28,340 bases of DNA from a virus (taxonomy: Duplodnaviria; Caudoviricetes), in the IMG/VR virus record IMGVR_UViG_3300011971_000007, positions 1-28,340 of that record. One strand, written 5' to 3'. The notes beneath the pieces are model-generated. The model did not search any database. It was not told where the DNA came from and was given only the letters and a program-made list of their open reading frames with translations. Each line of letters begins with the position of its first letter. Position 1 is the stretch's first letter. The translations under genes were made by a program, and so were the position numbers. This document shows, one piece after another, positions 6,631 to 14,884 of this stretch.

Positions 6631-6774
6631 ATGTTGGAAACAGTACTTGATTATGGACTAGACTATGGTTGGTTGGTGTTGGGATTCTACACAGTGACTA
6701 AGGTCACAGGTCTAGTTAGACACTACATCCTACATAGAAGTCTAGATCGTAAGGCTACAAGATCAATAGGCTAG
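6631..6774 (+). CDS. Small protein with a hydrophobic segment (47 aa; not in the ORF track)
   Basis: Translates as MLETVLDYGLDYGWLVLGFYTVTKVTGLVRHYILHRSLDRKATRSIG. It has an AAGGAG RBS, its own promoter and its own terminator. Confidence 0.75.
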   Translation: MLETVLDYGLDYGWLVLGFYTVTKVTGLVRHYILHRSLDRKATRSIG

Positions 6775-6798
6775 GTCACGAAAGTGACCTTTCCCTTT
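6773..6798 (+). terminator. Intrinsic terminator
   Basis: AGGTCAC-GAAA-GTGACCT followed by TTCCCTTT. Confidence 0.75.
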
Positions 6799-6865
6799 AT
6801 CTTATTCCCCCGTCTAGGAAGACCTTCGGCGAAGTATTCTCATCTTTGGTAGTCAAAAGAAAGTG

Positions 6866-6894
6866 TTGACTTTCTTCCTGAGATGTAGTATTAT
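6866..6894 (+). promoter_or_regulatory. SigmaA-type promoter P7
   Basis: TTGACT-N17-TATTAT, a duplicate of P6. Confidence 0.85.
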
Positions 6895-6954
6895 ATAGAT
6901 AGGGAGAGGGAGTGAATACCACTTACCTACTCACCTAATGAAGGAGTGTTGTAT

Positions 6955-7233
6955 ATGAGTAAGTCACAACAGATGAGAGACCTACACGATCAAGGGATGA
7001 CTATTGCTGAGATAGCTAAGGAGATGAATGCTAACTATAGCTTCTGCTATGGAATCATTCAGAAGTACACAGCTAAGTCAGGACAGGAGATGCATAAGAC
7101 AATCAAGGGTGGAAAGAGTACTACAATAAGACAGATGTATGATGAAGGCAGGACTATAGGTGATATAGCTAAAGAACTCAACACCAACTACAGTTACGTT
7201 TGGACAGTAGTAGAGAAACATAGAACAGTATAG
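6955..7233 (+). CDS. Tandem HTH protein, paralogue 5 (two modules)
   Basis: AAGGAG at 6941 and the paralogue alignment both favour ATG 6955. Same two modules as paralogue 4. Confidence 0.88.
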   Translation: MSKSQQMRDLHDQGMTIAEIAKEMNANYSFCYGIIQKYTAKSGQEMHKTIKGGKSTTIRQMYDEGRTIGDIAKELNTNYSYVWTVVEKHRTV

Positions 7234-7239
7234 GTTGAA

Positions 7240-7274
7240 GGAAAGATGATGATTGCAAGATCATCTTTCCCTTT
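7240..7274 (+). terminator. Intrinsic terminator
   Basis: GGAAAGATGAT-N9-ATCATCTTTCC followed by CTTT. Confidence 0.75.
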
Positions 7275-7370
7275 GTCTGCCTCTTGAAATAATTCTTTGT
7301 TACTCCTTCGTTTCTACTTGCCTTAATTCCTAATAAAGCATGAGGGCATGCATTTGAGAAGGGGTGCGTG

Positions 7371-7457
7371 CGTTACCGAAACACACAAAATTGGAGTTTA
7401 TAGGATTCGCTAACACGTTACTGCAGTACACAAAATTAGAGTTTCTGGGATTCCTAA
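7371..7457. repeat. Degenerate direct repeat with 45-bp period upstream of the packaging genes
   Basis: CGTTACcgaaacACACAAAATTgGAGTTTatagGATTC at 7371 against CGTTACtgcagtACACAAAATTaGAGTTTctggGATTC at 7416. Confidence 0.8.
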
Positions 7458-7641
7458 ACCCTCCTAAACGTGACCGCGCGAAAATTCACACATATAGTTT
7501 GTAAAGTCGTTGGGCAAGTTTGCTCCACCTTAGGCAAGCTTGATATATTTTGACGACATCCAGAATACCTGTTGTCCATCGTCGAGGAAAGTTGTATACT
7601 AAGAGCAAGGAATATGTTTCGAAGGCATGGAGGTGATGCAC

Positions 7642-8616
7642 ATGACCACCAATAAGATAAGTCAGGTCCAGAGTCCAACCATCAAGGATCAGAGCGTAGC
7701 AGTACCTCTGCAATTATGGGATGAGACAAAGGTAAAGCTTACTTCTGAGGATAAAATGTGCTTAAGTGCCAATGTAGTCATGCTGCAAGAAACATTAGCT
7801 CGGACACCAAGTGGTTTGCCTGCTCAGTTAGTTGATCCAGAAGCAATTCTAAATAGCAGCCAAATCCAACAAGAAGGTACGCTACTCGGCGAGGTAACAG
7901 TGCTTCCAGACAATGGAACGATTTTCATCAGCTATGCAGAAGGATTCGGTACAGTAGATGGAGTACCATTGTGGGAACGGCTACCAAAAGAGACAGTTGA
8001 TGCGTACAAATTATACCTACATTACCGCGATCAAAAAGAGCACACCGGAAATAGATCCTTTCAAGCAGTAGGGAAGCAGTATGGTGTAAACTTACTGACT
8101 ATTGTCACTCTGTCAAACATGTACCACTGGATGGATCGGAACCTTGTGTTTGATAGCTTTCGAGAAGTGCTGGATGACATCCGTAGAGAGCGTGATGTAC
8201 GGGAAATGTCCAGTAGACACATACGAGCGGCAAGGGATATCTTCAAGGTCTGCACTAATTTTATTGCTGACCCAGACAATGTTAAAAGCCTAACGCATAA
8301 GACAGCTCTAAGCTGGGCTGAGTTAGCTGTTAACCTAGAGCGTTTAAGCCTTGGTCTCCACCCTGATAAGCCAGGATGGGCTAACGGCATGCCTACATCA
8401 GCACAAGCTCCTATGATTCAGATCAACCATAATTCGAACAACCACCAGAATAACAATGTTTCAGGTAATGGTAAGAGTGATGAGTTGAGCCAAATGACTG
8501 ATGTGCTGAAGATTCTAGCTAGTAGTGGTGCTCTAGGTAGACTCAAACCGGAAGAAGCAGAAATAGTCGAAGCTGAAATCAGTGGCGAAATAGTACCTAT
8601 AAAGCCACTTCAGTAA
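7642..8616 (+). CDS. Putative terminase small subunit / DNA-binding protein
   Basis: Lies upstream of TerL. PLWERLPKET..AYKLYLHYRD...RSFQAVGKQYG...YHWMDR resembles HTH-like proteins commonly found before TerL. The GGAGGTG RBS favours ATG 7642. Confidence 0.6.
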   Translation: MTTNKISQVQSPTIKDQSVAVPLQLWDETKVKLTSEDKMCLSANVVMLQETLARTPSGLPAQLVDPEAILNSSQIQQEGTLLGEVTVLPDNGTIFISYAEGFGTVDGVPLWERLPKETVDAYKLYLHYRDQKEHTGNRSFQAVGKQYGVNLLTIVTLSNMYHWMDRNLVFDSFREVLDDIRRERDVREMSSRHIRAARDIFKVCTNFIADPDNVKSLTHKTALSWAELAVNLERLSLGLHPDKPGWANGMPTSAQAPMIQINHNSNNHQNNNVSGNGKSDELSQMTDVLKILASSGALGRLKPEEAEIVEAEISGEIVPIKPLQ

Positions 8617-8669
8617 AAGCAAGTAAAAGCGAAGGTAAAAGCAAAGGTAAAAGCAAAGGTAAAAGCGAG
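8613..8669. repeat. Five tandem GTAAAAGC units (10-12 bp period)
   Basis: gtaaaagcaa gtaaaagcgaag gtaaaagcaaag gtaaaagcaaag gtaaaagcgag. Confidence 0.92.
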
Positions 8670-8680
8670 GTAAGGTTAAT

Positions 8681-8953
8681 TTGAGTAGCTGCAAAGATTT
8701 CGAAGCTAGGCCAATACCTAAGGCTGTTAAGGATAGCCTCTTTGCTTCCACAGACGTCGTAAATTGTGGTAACTGCATTACTTGGATAGTAGCTTTGGAG
8801 AAGTGTGAAAATCACGATCGATACTGTAAGGAAGGCACCACAGTGATGCCAGCATTAACAAAGAAAGGTGGAATGAAGACATGGCTGAAAGCACTGCAAC
8901 TACTGAAAAGCCTGTACAGCTCCAGCACGACTCATTCCACCTCACTAACTTAA
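8681..8953 (+). CDS. Small Cys-rich protein (3' end uncertain)
   Basis: GAGGT RBS, TTG start and an NCGNC..W..C..H..C pattern. It overlaps terL by 73 nt. Confidence 0.45.
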   Translation: MSSCKDFEARPIPKAVKDSLFASTDVVNCGNCITWIVALEKCENHDRYCKEGTTVMPALTKKGGMKTWLKALQLLKSLYSSSTTHSTSLT

Positions 8954-10284
8954 ACACTCTCGAATTAGCTCAGCTGCAGCAGCTGCTGACACCTAAGATG
9001 AATAAATACTCGCCTCATACGCCTACGGCAAAACAAGCTGCATTCTTATTGGTAAACAGTAAAGAGGTTTTCTTCGGAGGTGCAGCAGGAGGCGGGAAGA
9101 GTGATGCGTTGCTAATGGCAGCTCTACAGTATGTGGAAGAGCCAAGTTATGCTGCGATCCTTTTCCGCAAAACTTACGCTGACTTAGCCCTACCTGGGGC
9201 TTTGATGGATAGAGCGAAAGAGTGGTTGCTCCCTCACCCTGAAGTTAGGTGGAATGAGAAAGATAAGACGTTCACCTTCCCAAGCGGAGCGACACTCACT
9301 CTAGGATACTTGGAGAATGACAATGATAAGTACCGCTACCAAAGTAGTGAGTTTCAGTTTATAGGGTTCGATGAGCTTACGCAAATAGTCAAAAGCTGCT
9401 ACACATACATGTTTAGTAGGCTACGCCGGTTGCTAAGTTCAAATGTCCCGCTCCGCGTCCGAAGCGCCAGTAATCCTGGTGGGGCTGGTCATGATTGGGT
9501 ACATCAAAGGTTCCTGATCGAAGGGCCAGCTAAGAAAAGAATCTTTATCCCTGCCACTTCCCGAGATAACCCATACTTGGACAATGAGTCTTATATGGAG
9601 AGTCTTGCTGAGTTAGATCCAATCACAAGAGCTCAGCTACAAGAAGGTGACTGGAATGTAAAGCATGGTGGTTCCCTTTTTGATAGATCCTGGTTTAAGG
9701 TAGTCGATCACGTCCCTGAAGGCACGAGAAAACTGCGATATTGGGATTTAGCTGCTACTGAACCAAAACCAGGAAAAGATCCTGACTACACTGTGGGCCT
9801 TAAGCTGGAAGAACTAGATGGAATCTACTACATCTCAGATGTACGTAGAGGACGGAAGTCACCAGGTGAGGTTGAGAAACTAGTTAAACAAACAGCAGAT
9901 ATTGATGGTTATGAAACTCGGATCTACATGGAGGAAGAACCTGGTAGCTCGGGTAAGAATAATACGTACAATTATGGGAAGATACTAACAGGATACGCTT
10001 TCTGGGGTAATAGAGAAACAGGAGCAAAGCACTTACGTGCTGCGCCAGCAAGCTCAGCAGCAGAAAGAGGCCTAATTTGCATCGTCCGAGGGGTATGGAA
10101 CACAGAGTTCTTGGATGAGCTCGAAGCTTACCCAAATGTTAACCATGATGACCAGTTAGATGGACTTAGCGGAGCCTATCGTATGCTTACCAGTAAGGCC
10201 AACTTTGCAGCAATTCCTATTGGAATTAACTCAATTAGTGGCAGTTACTGGCGAGGCAGAGATGATGGAAGTGAGACTGGTTAA
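8881..10284 (+). CDS. terL: Terminase large subunit
   Basis: Walker A GGAAGGGKS, Walker B FIGFDELTQ, coupling motif ASNPGG, and nuclease motifs YWDLAA, DYT and HDDQLD. Confidence 0.96.
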   Translation: MAESTATTEKPVQLQHDSFHLTNLNTLELAQLQQLLTPKMNKYSPHTPTAKQAAFLLVNSKEVFFGGAAGGGKSDALLMAALQYVEEPSYAAILFRKTYADLALPGALMDRAKEWLLPHPEVRWNEKDKTFTFPSGATLTLGYLENDNDKYRYQSSEFQFIGFDELTQIVKSCYTYMFSRLRRLLSSNVPLRVRSASNPGGAGHDWVHQRFLIEGPAKKRIFIPATSRDNPYLDNESYMESLAELDPITRAQLQEGDWNVKHGGSLFDRSWFKVVDHVPEGTRKLRYWDLAATEPKPGKDPDYTVGLKLEELDGIYYISDVRRGRKSPGEVEKLVKQTADIDGYETRIYMEEEPGSSGKNNTYNYGKILTGYAFWGNRETGAKHLRAAPASSAAERGLICIVRGVWNTEFLDELEAYPNVNHDDQLDGLSGAYRMLTSKANFAAIPIGINSISGSYWRGRDDGSETG

Positions 10285-10317
10285 GACTTAAGTTAAGCGA
10301 GAGGAGGTGAACCACAC

Positions 10318-11789
10318 TTGAAGATACCTTTTATGAACAGTACTCCTGTAGTTGAAACTCCAATCGCTGTCGACACTAATGTAACAAATGCACCTATGGG
10401 AGAAATTGGGATACCAGGACTAACTCGCTTCGTGTAACTTAGTTATGGAAGACTTTATCCCTACCCTGCGGTGGCCCAGAGCCGGTAAGATTTATCAAGA
10501 GATGGCACTTAACGATCCAGTTATCGGTGCGATTGTGTTTACAGCAGAGATGCTAATTCGCAAAGCTAGTTGGACAATTGAGCCAGGAGGTAAAACTCCA
10601 GTTGATCTGGAAGCTGCTCAATTCTTGCAAGAGTGCATGGATGATATGAGTGTTTCTTGGATTGACACCATTACGGAGATTCTATCACTGATTGTATATG
10701 GCTGGTCTTTCCATGAAATCGTGTACAAAACTAGAGGTGGAAACGTTAGAGATCCCTCTAGACACAGCTTGTATGATGACAATCGAATAGGCTGGAGAAA
10801 GATAGCTGGTAGATCTCAGCTCAGTATGCGAGGTTGGGAATTTGATGAGACCGATGGTGGTACAGTGGCTATGATTCAAATGGCCTTATCGGACACCAAG
10901 GTTCGTATAATTCCTCTCGAGAAAGCATTGCTGTTTCGCACCGAAGATTGAGAATGCCAATCCTGAAGGTAAGTCAATTCTCCGCAACGCTTACCGCCCA
11001 TGGTACTTCAAGAAGCACATCGAGGAAATTGAAGGTATTGGAATAGAGCGGGATTTGGCTGGATTACCAGTCATTACAGTACCTGATGGCATTGATATAT
11101 GGGGCACAAATGACCCACGTATGCTTGCTATTAAGACTGCAGCAGAAACCTTAGTTAGAAGTGTACGGCGGGACCAAAATGAGGGTATAGTTCTTCCGTT
11201 TGGCTGGGAATTTAAGCTTACCACTACTGGTGGTAGTCGTCAGTTTGATACTAGTGCCATCATCAACAGGTATGATCAACGTATTGCTATCACTTTGTTA
11301 GCAGACATCGTTATGTTGGGTGCAGACAAGGTAGGTAGTTTTGCTCTTGCAGATGTTAAAAAAGGCTTGTTAGCTACAGCACTAGAAGCAATACTAGAAT
11401 CCATAGCTGGAGTGTTTAACCGTCACGCAGTTCCTAGATTGTTTAGTTACAACTCTTTTCCAGGATTGCTTAAGTACCCTAAGCTGATCTCAGGAGAGGT
11501 AGAAACACCAGATCTTAATGAATTGGGTAACTTCATTCAGAAGCTCGCAGGAGCTAAGATGCCACTGTTCCCAGATGAGGACCTTGAGAATTATCTTCGT
11601 TCGACTGCTAGTATGCCTAAGAAGACAGACAAATCACCTAAGACTGCTGAAGAGGCGACTCCGCAGGCGACTAAGAACGCAGGAAAGAACTTCAACTTTG
11701 GTAGCAGTAACCCTAGTGCGCCTGACCCTAATGCACCAGACCCTAATATTCCTAATGACCCTAAGAAGGGCACTAACAATAGGAGGTGA
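10318..11789 (+). CDS. Portal protein (DUF935/Mu gp29-like), split by two apparent +1 insertions
   Basis: GGAGGTG RBS with TTG at 10318. Removing one base near 10433 and one near 10943 gives a continuous ...GEIGIPGLTRFGNLVMEDFIPTLRW...LFRTKIENANPEGKSILRNAYRPWYFK...ERDLAGLP. Confidence 0.88.
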
Positions 11790-11793
11790 AATA

Positions 11794-13161
11794 ATGCCAA
11801 ATAGTACTGAATTCTGGAGTATGAAGGCTAATAAAACAAAAGGTGTTGGCGAGATTTATCTTCATGGTCAAATAGCTAGTGCTCAATCATGGTTCAGTGA
11901 TGCCATTACTCCTAAGAAATTTAAACAGCAGCTGGATGCTTTAGGTGACGTAGAAACGCTAGATGTGTACATCAATAGTGGTGGTGGAGAGGTATTTGCA
12001 GGTCAAGCCATATATAGTATGCTGAAACGTCACCCAGCTCACGTAAATGCACATATTGATGGTTTAGCTGCATCTATGGCATCGGTTATAGCAATGGCTG
12101 CAGATACAGTGTATATGCCTGCTAATGCAATGATGATGATCCATAATCCTTGGTCCAGGGCTCAAGGAGATGCAAAGTCATTCCGTAAAGCTGCTGACAC
12201 ACTAGACAAAGTAGCTGAAACTTGTATTTCAGCCTACATGGACAAGTGTGGATTGCCTAAGGATGAGATTGTTGCCATCATGGACGCTGAAAGTTGGTAC
12301 ACTGCAGCAGAAGCAAAAGCATTAGGTTTTGCCGATGTTATTACAAATGCTGTAGATATTGCAGCTTCCATTGAGGATGGTATGTTTAACTTCAGTGGTC
12401 AAGCAATGCCACTGGATAAGATGCTTAATGTTAAGCAGCTGCTAGCTAAGCTACCTAACGCTACCACACTAGCGCATAGGATAGATAATACGCCAAAGAA
12501 GGAGGAGAATAAACTCATGGATTTCAAAGAAGTACTCGCAAGTTTACCTCAAGATCATCAGGATATCGTAAGTGCTGTAATTGCAGCAAGTGACACCAAA
12601 ATTGCTGAGGTACAAGCAGCCTTAGATGAGACTATTGCTAAGCTTGATGCATCGCAGATCGCTCTGGCAGCTGCTACTCCTGTTGCAGCTTTGTCTGATG
12701 AAGCATTTCTTGCTAGCCTGCCCGAAGAGGTGAGAGCACGTTATGTAGCTGATCAAGCAACTGCAAAAGCAGCATTAGTTGCAGCACAGACCATCCAAGC
12801 TGCTGCTAAACTTGGCTCCTTTGTGGCAAAAGCTAAGACCTTTGACCGAATTCCAGTAAAAGCTGAAGATTTCGGAAAAGTATTGATGGCTGTATCTGAT
12901 GCCGTTCCCGAAGCATTTGCACAAATTGAATCTGTATTAGGTGCAGTGAATGCAGCTATGCAATCAAGTGATCTTTTTAAGTCGCTAGGCTCAACTAGCC
13001 CTGCTAGTGCTGGTGGATCGTCCTTAGATGTTATGAATGAGCGAGCAGAAGCTCTTGCTAAGCAAGAAAACTGCACAAAAGAACAAGCCTTTCTGAAAGT
13101 GTGCAAAGCCGATCCAGAATTGTATAATGCATACCAGAGAGAGCTAAAAGGGGAGGAATAA
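11794..13161 (+). CDS. ClpP-type prohead protease fused to an Ala-rich scaffold domain
   Basis: YINSGGGEVFAG, DGLAASMAS (catalytic Ser), MMIHNPW (His) and ESWYTA.EA motifs. The AGGAGGTG RBS sets ATG 11794. Confidence 0.92.
   Translation: MPNSTEFWSMKANKTKGVGEIYLHGQIASAQSWFSDAITPKKFKQQLDALGDVETLDVYINSGGGEVFAGQAIYSMLKRHPAHVNAHIDGLAASMASVIAMAADTVYMPANAMMMIHNPWSRAQGDAKSFRKAADTLDKVAETCISAYMDKCGLPKDEIVAIMDAESWYTAAEAKALGFADVITNAVDIAASIEDGMFNFSGQAMPLDKMLNVKQLLAKLPNATTLAHRIDNTPKKEENKLMDFKEVLASLPQDHQDIVSAVIAASDTKIAEVQAALDETIAKLDASQIALAAATPVAALSDEAFLASLPEEVRARYVADQATAKAALVAAQTIQAAAKLGSFVAKAKTFDRIPVKAEDFGKVLMAVSDAVPEAFAQIESVLGAVNAAMQSSDLFKSLGSTSPASAGGSSLDVMNERAEALAKQENCTKEQAFLKVCKADPELYNAYQRELKGEE
12517..13161 (+). 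CDS. Probable nested in-frame scaffolding protein
   Basis: Internal AAGGAGGAG at 12499-12507, followed by in-frame ATG 12517 at the domain boundary. Confidence 0.6.
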   Translation: MDFKEVLASLPQDHQDIVSAVIAASDTKIAEVQAALDETIAKLDASQIALAAATPVAALSDEAFLASLPEEVRARYVADQATAKAALVAAQTIQAAAKLGSFVAKAKTFDRIPVKAEDFGKVLMAVSDAVPEAFAQIESVLGAVNAAMQSSDLFKSLGSTSPASAGGSSLDVMNERAEALAKQENCTKEQAFLKVCKADPELYNAYQRELKGEE

Positions 13162-13164
13162 TCC

Positions 13165-13527
13165 ATGTACGAAATTCCTGGTTATAGAATGTCCGGAGTA
13201 GCTCAAGCAGATTTTACAAATAAGAGCGGATGTGGTGTTGTAGTAGGCACTGTAGCAGGTACCTTAGCTATTGCTGCTGCTTCATTACCCATTGATGGAG
13301 TTCTCAATATGGAGGGTACATCAGGCCAAATGGTTACAGCCGTAGTTGATGGCATTGTCATTGGACTATATGGCGGCAATGTTGTCGCTGGTGACAAACT
13401 CACAATGGATGCCTCAGGGCAGTTTATTACTGCAGTAGCCACTAATGCTATTGTCGGTAAGGCTATGGAAGCCGGAGCTACTGGTGAGAAGCATCCAGTG
13501 CTGTTGGGCTATAAGGGTCTAGCATAA
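13165..13527 (+). CDS. Capsid decoration/cement protein (DUF2190-like)
   Basis: 120 aa, Gly/Ala/Val-rich, with AGDKLTMDASG..VGKAMEAGA.GE, lying between scaffold and capsid genes. Confidence 0.7.
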   Translation: MYEIPGYRMSGVAQADFTNKSGCGVVVGTVAGTLAIAAASLPIDGVLNMEGTSGQMVTAVVDGIVIGLYGGNVVAGDKLTMDASGQFITAVATNAIVGKAMEAGATGEKHPVLLGYKGLA

Positions 13528-13558
13528 TATTAAATTAGGGTAAAGAGGAGGAACTAAG

Positions 13559-14536
13559 ATGCCAAACCGTTCACAAGTCCATATAGACGGAGCACTGACA
13601 AACATTAGTGTAGCCTACATGCAAAGCGAATCATCTTTTGTATGCAATCAGATTTTTCCAACTGTTGGAGTAACTAAGCAATCAGATCGGTACTTTAAGT
13701 ACAAACGTGAAGATTGGTTCCGTGATGAGGCTCAAGAACGTGGACCTGCTACAGAATCTGCTGGCGGTGACTATGAGATTGACAATACTCCAAGTTACTT
13801 CTGTAAGAAATATGCTTACCACAAAGATGTAACTGACGAGGATCGTACAAACTCTGACACGCCTTTGGATGCTGATCAAGACGCAACTGAATTCGTTACT
13901 TCCAAGCTTATGCTTAAAAAGGAATTACAGTGGGCCAATACGTACTTCAAAACTGGAGTATGGGGAACTGACGTAACAGGTGTTGCTGGAGTTCCTGCTG
14001 GTGTTCAAATTAAGCAATGGAATGATGCAGCTTCTACACCTATTCAGGATATTGCCTTGTACTCCACCAATATGGCAGGAGTCACAGGTAAACGGCCTAA
14101 TATCTTAGTTCTTGGCGCTCTTGTGTACCAAGCATTGAGAAACCATCATGATATTCTTGATCGTATTCGATATACTGAAAGAGGTATTGTTACTGCTGAA
14201 CTGTTAGCTGCTTTGTTTGATGTCGATCAAGTTGTTGTAGCTTGGGCAGTTAAGAATGCAGCTGCTAAGGGTGCGGCGGAGAATAACTCTTTCATTCTCG
14301 GTAAGGGTGCGTTGCTCGCTTATCGTGCTCCTCGTGCAGGTCTGAAAACAGCTTCTGCCGGATATACTTTCGCTTGGACCGGACTTAAGGGTGCTAGTGC
14401 ATATGGTGGTACTATTGCGCGTATCCCTGTACCGTTGCTTGGTCAAGGCACAGAACGTATTGAGGGTGAATTGGCATACGATATGAAGGTAGTTGCATCC
14501 GACCTTGGTTGCTTCTTTGCTACTGCTGTAGCCTAA
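13559..14536 (+). CDS. Major capsid protein
   Basis: 325 aa beginning VHIDGALTNISVAY..IFPTVGVTKQSD, with a very strong RBS and the expected position. Confidence 0.88.
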   Translation: MPNRSQVHIDGALTNISVAYMQSESSFVCNQIFPTVGVTKQSDRYFKYKREDWFRDEAQERGPATESAGGDYEIDNTPSYFCKKYAYHKDVTDEDRTNSDTPLDADQDATEFVTSKLMLKKELQWANTYFKTGVWGTDVTGVAGVPAGVQIKQWNDAASTPIQDIALYSTNMAGVTGKRPNILVLGALVYQALRNHHDILDRIRYTERGIVTAELLAALFDVDQVVVAWAVKNAAAKGAAENNSFILGKGALLAYRAPRAGLKTASAGYTFAWTGLKGASAYGGTIARIPVPLLGQGTERIEGELAYDMKVVASDLGCFFATAVA

Positions 14537-14883
14537 TGTATGCAGTTGTAACTAGCTTCCTCTTTGAGTGCAGACGCTTTGAGCCTGGTGATTTGTTGGA
14601 GGATTCACATGCTGCTGTAACGTATCGTTCGCAGTTTGTGAAACCTGTAACTGAAATCCCGATGGAGCAATTGGAGTCGCTTGATGCCTCTAAAGCCTTT
14701 CGAGAAATCACCAACTTGTCAGAGGTGCTGAGTGCCTCTGACGCGTCTGGGGAAGTTACAGCTACGCCAGATAAAGTAGTACCTTCGCCTACGGTAAAAA
14801 CTCCTAAGCAACCGGAAGTAATACGAGAGCCAGAACCAGACTTGGTGGCACCAGCTCCAGTTAAGGGAGCCCAGGAGGTGTAA
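14536..14883 (+). CDS. Hypothetical protein with a low-complexity P/E-rich tail
   Basis: TAATG coupling with the capsid stop; fills the gap to the next gene. Confidence 0.6.
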   Translation: MYAVVTSFLFECRRFEPGDLLEDSHAAVTYRSQFVKPVTEIPMEQLESLDASKAFREITNLSEVLSASDASGEVTATPDKVVPSPTVKTPKQPEVIREPEPDLVAPAPVKGAQEV

Positions 14884-14884
14884 T

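Noticed and set aside
11518-11793. N-terminal 92-aa extension of the protease ORF
   Set aside because: It overlaps the portal 3' end in another frame, and the strong RBS marks ATG 11794.
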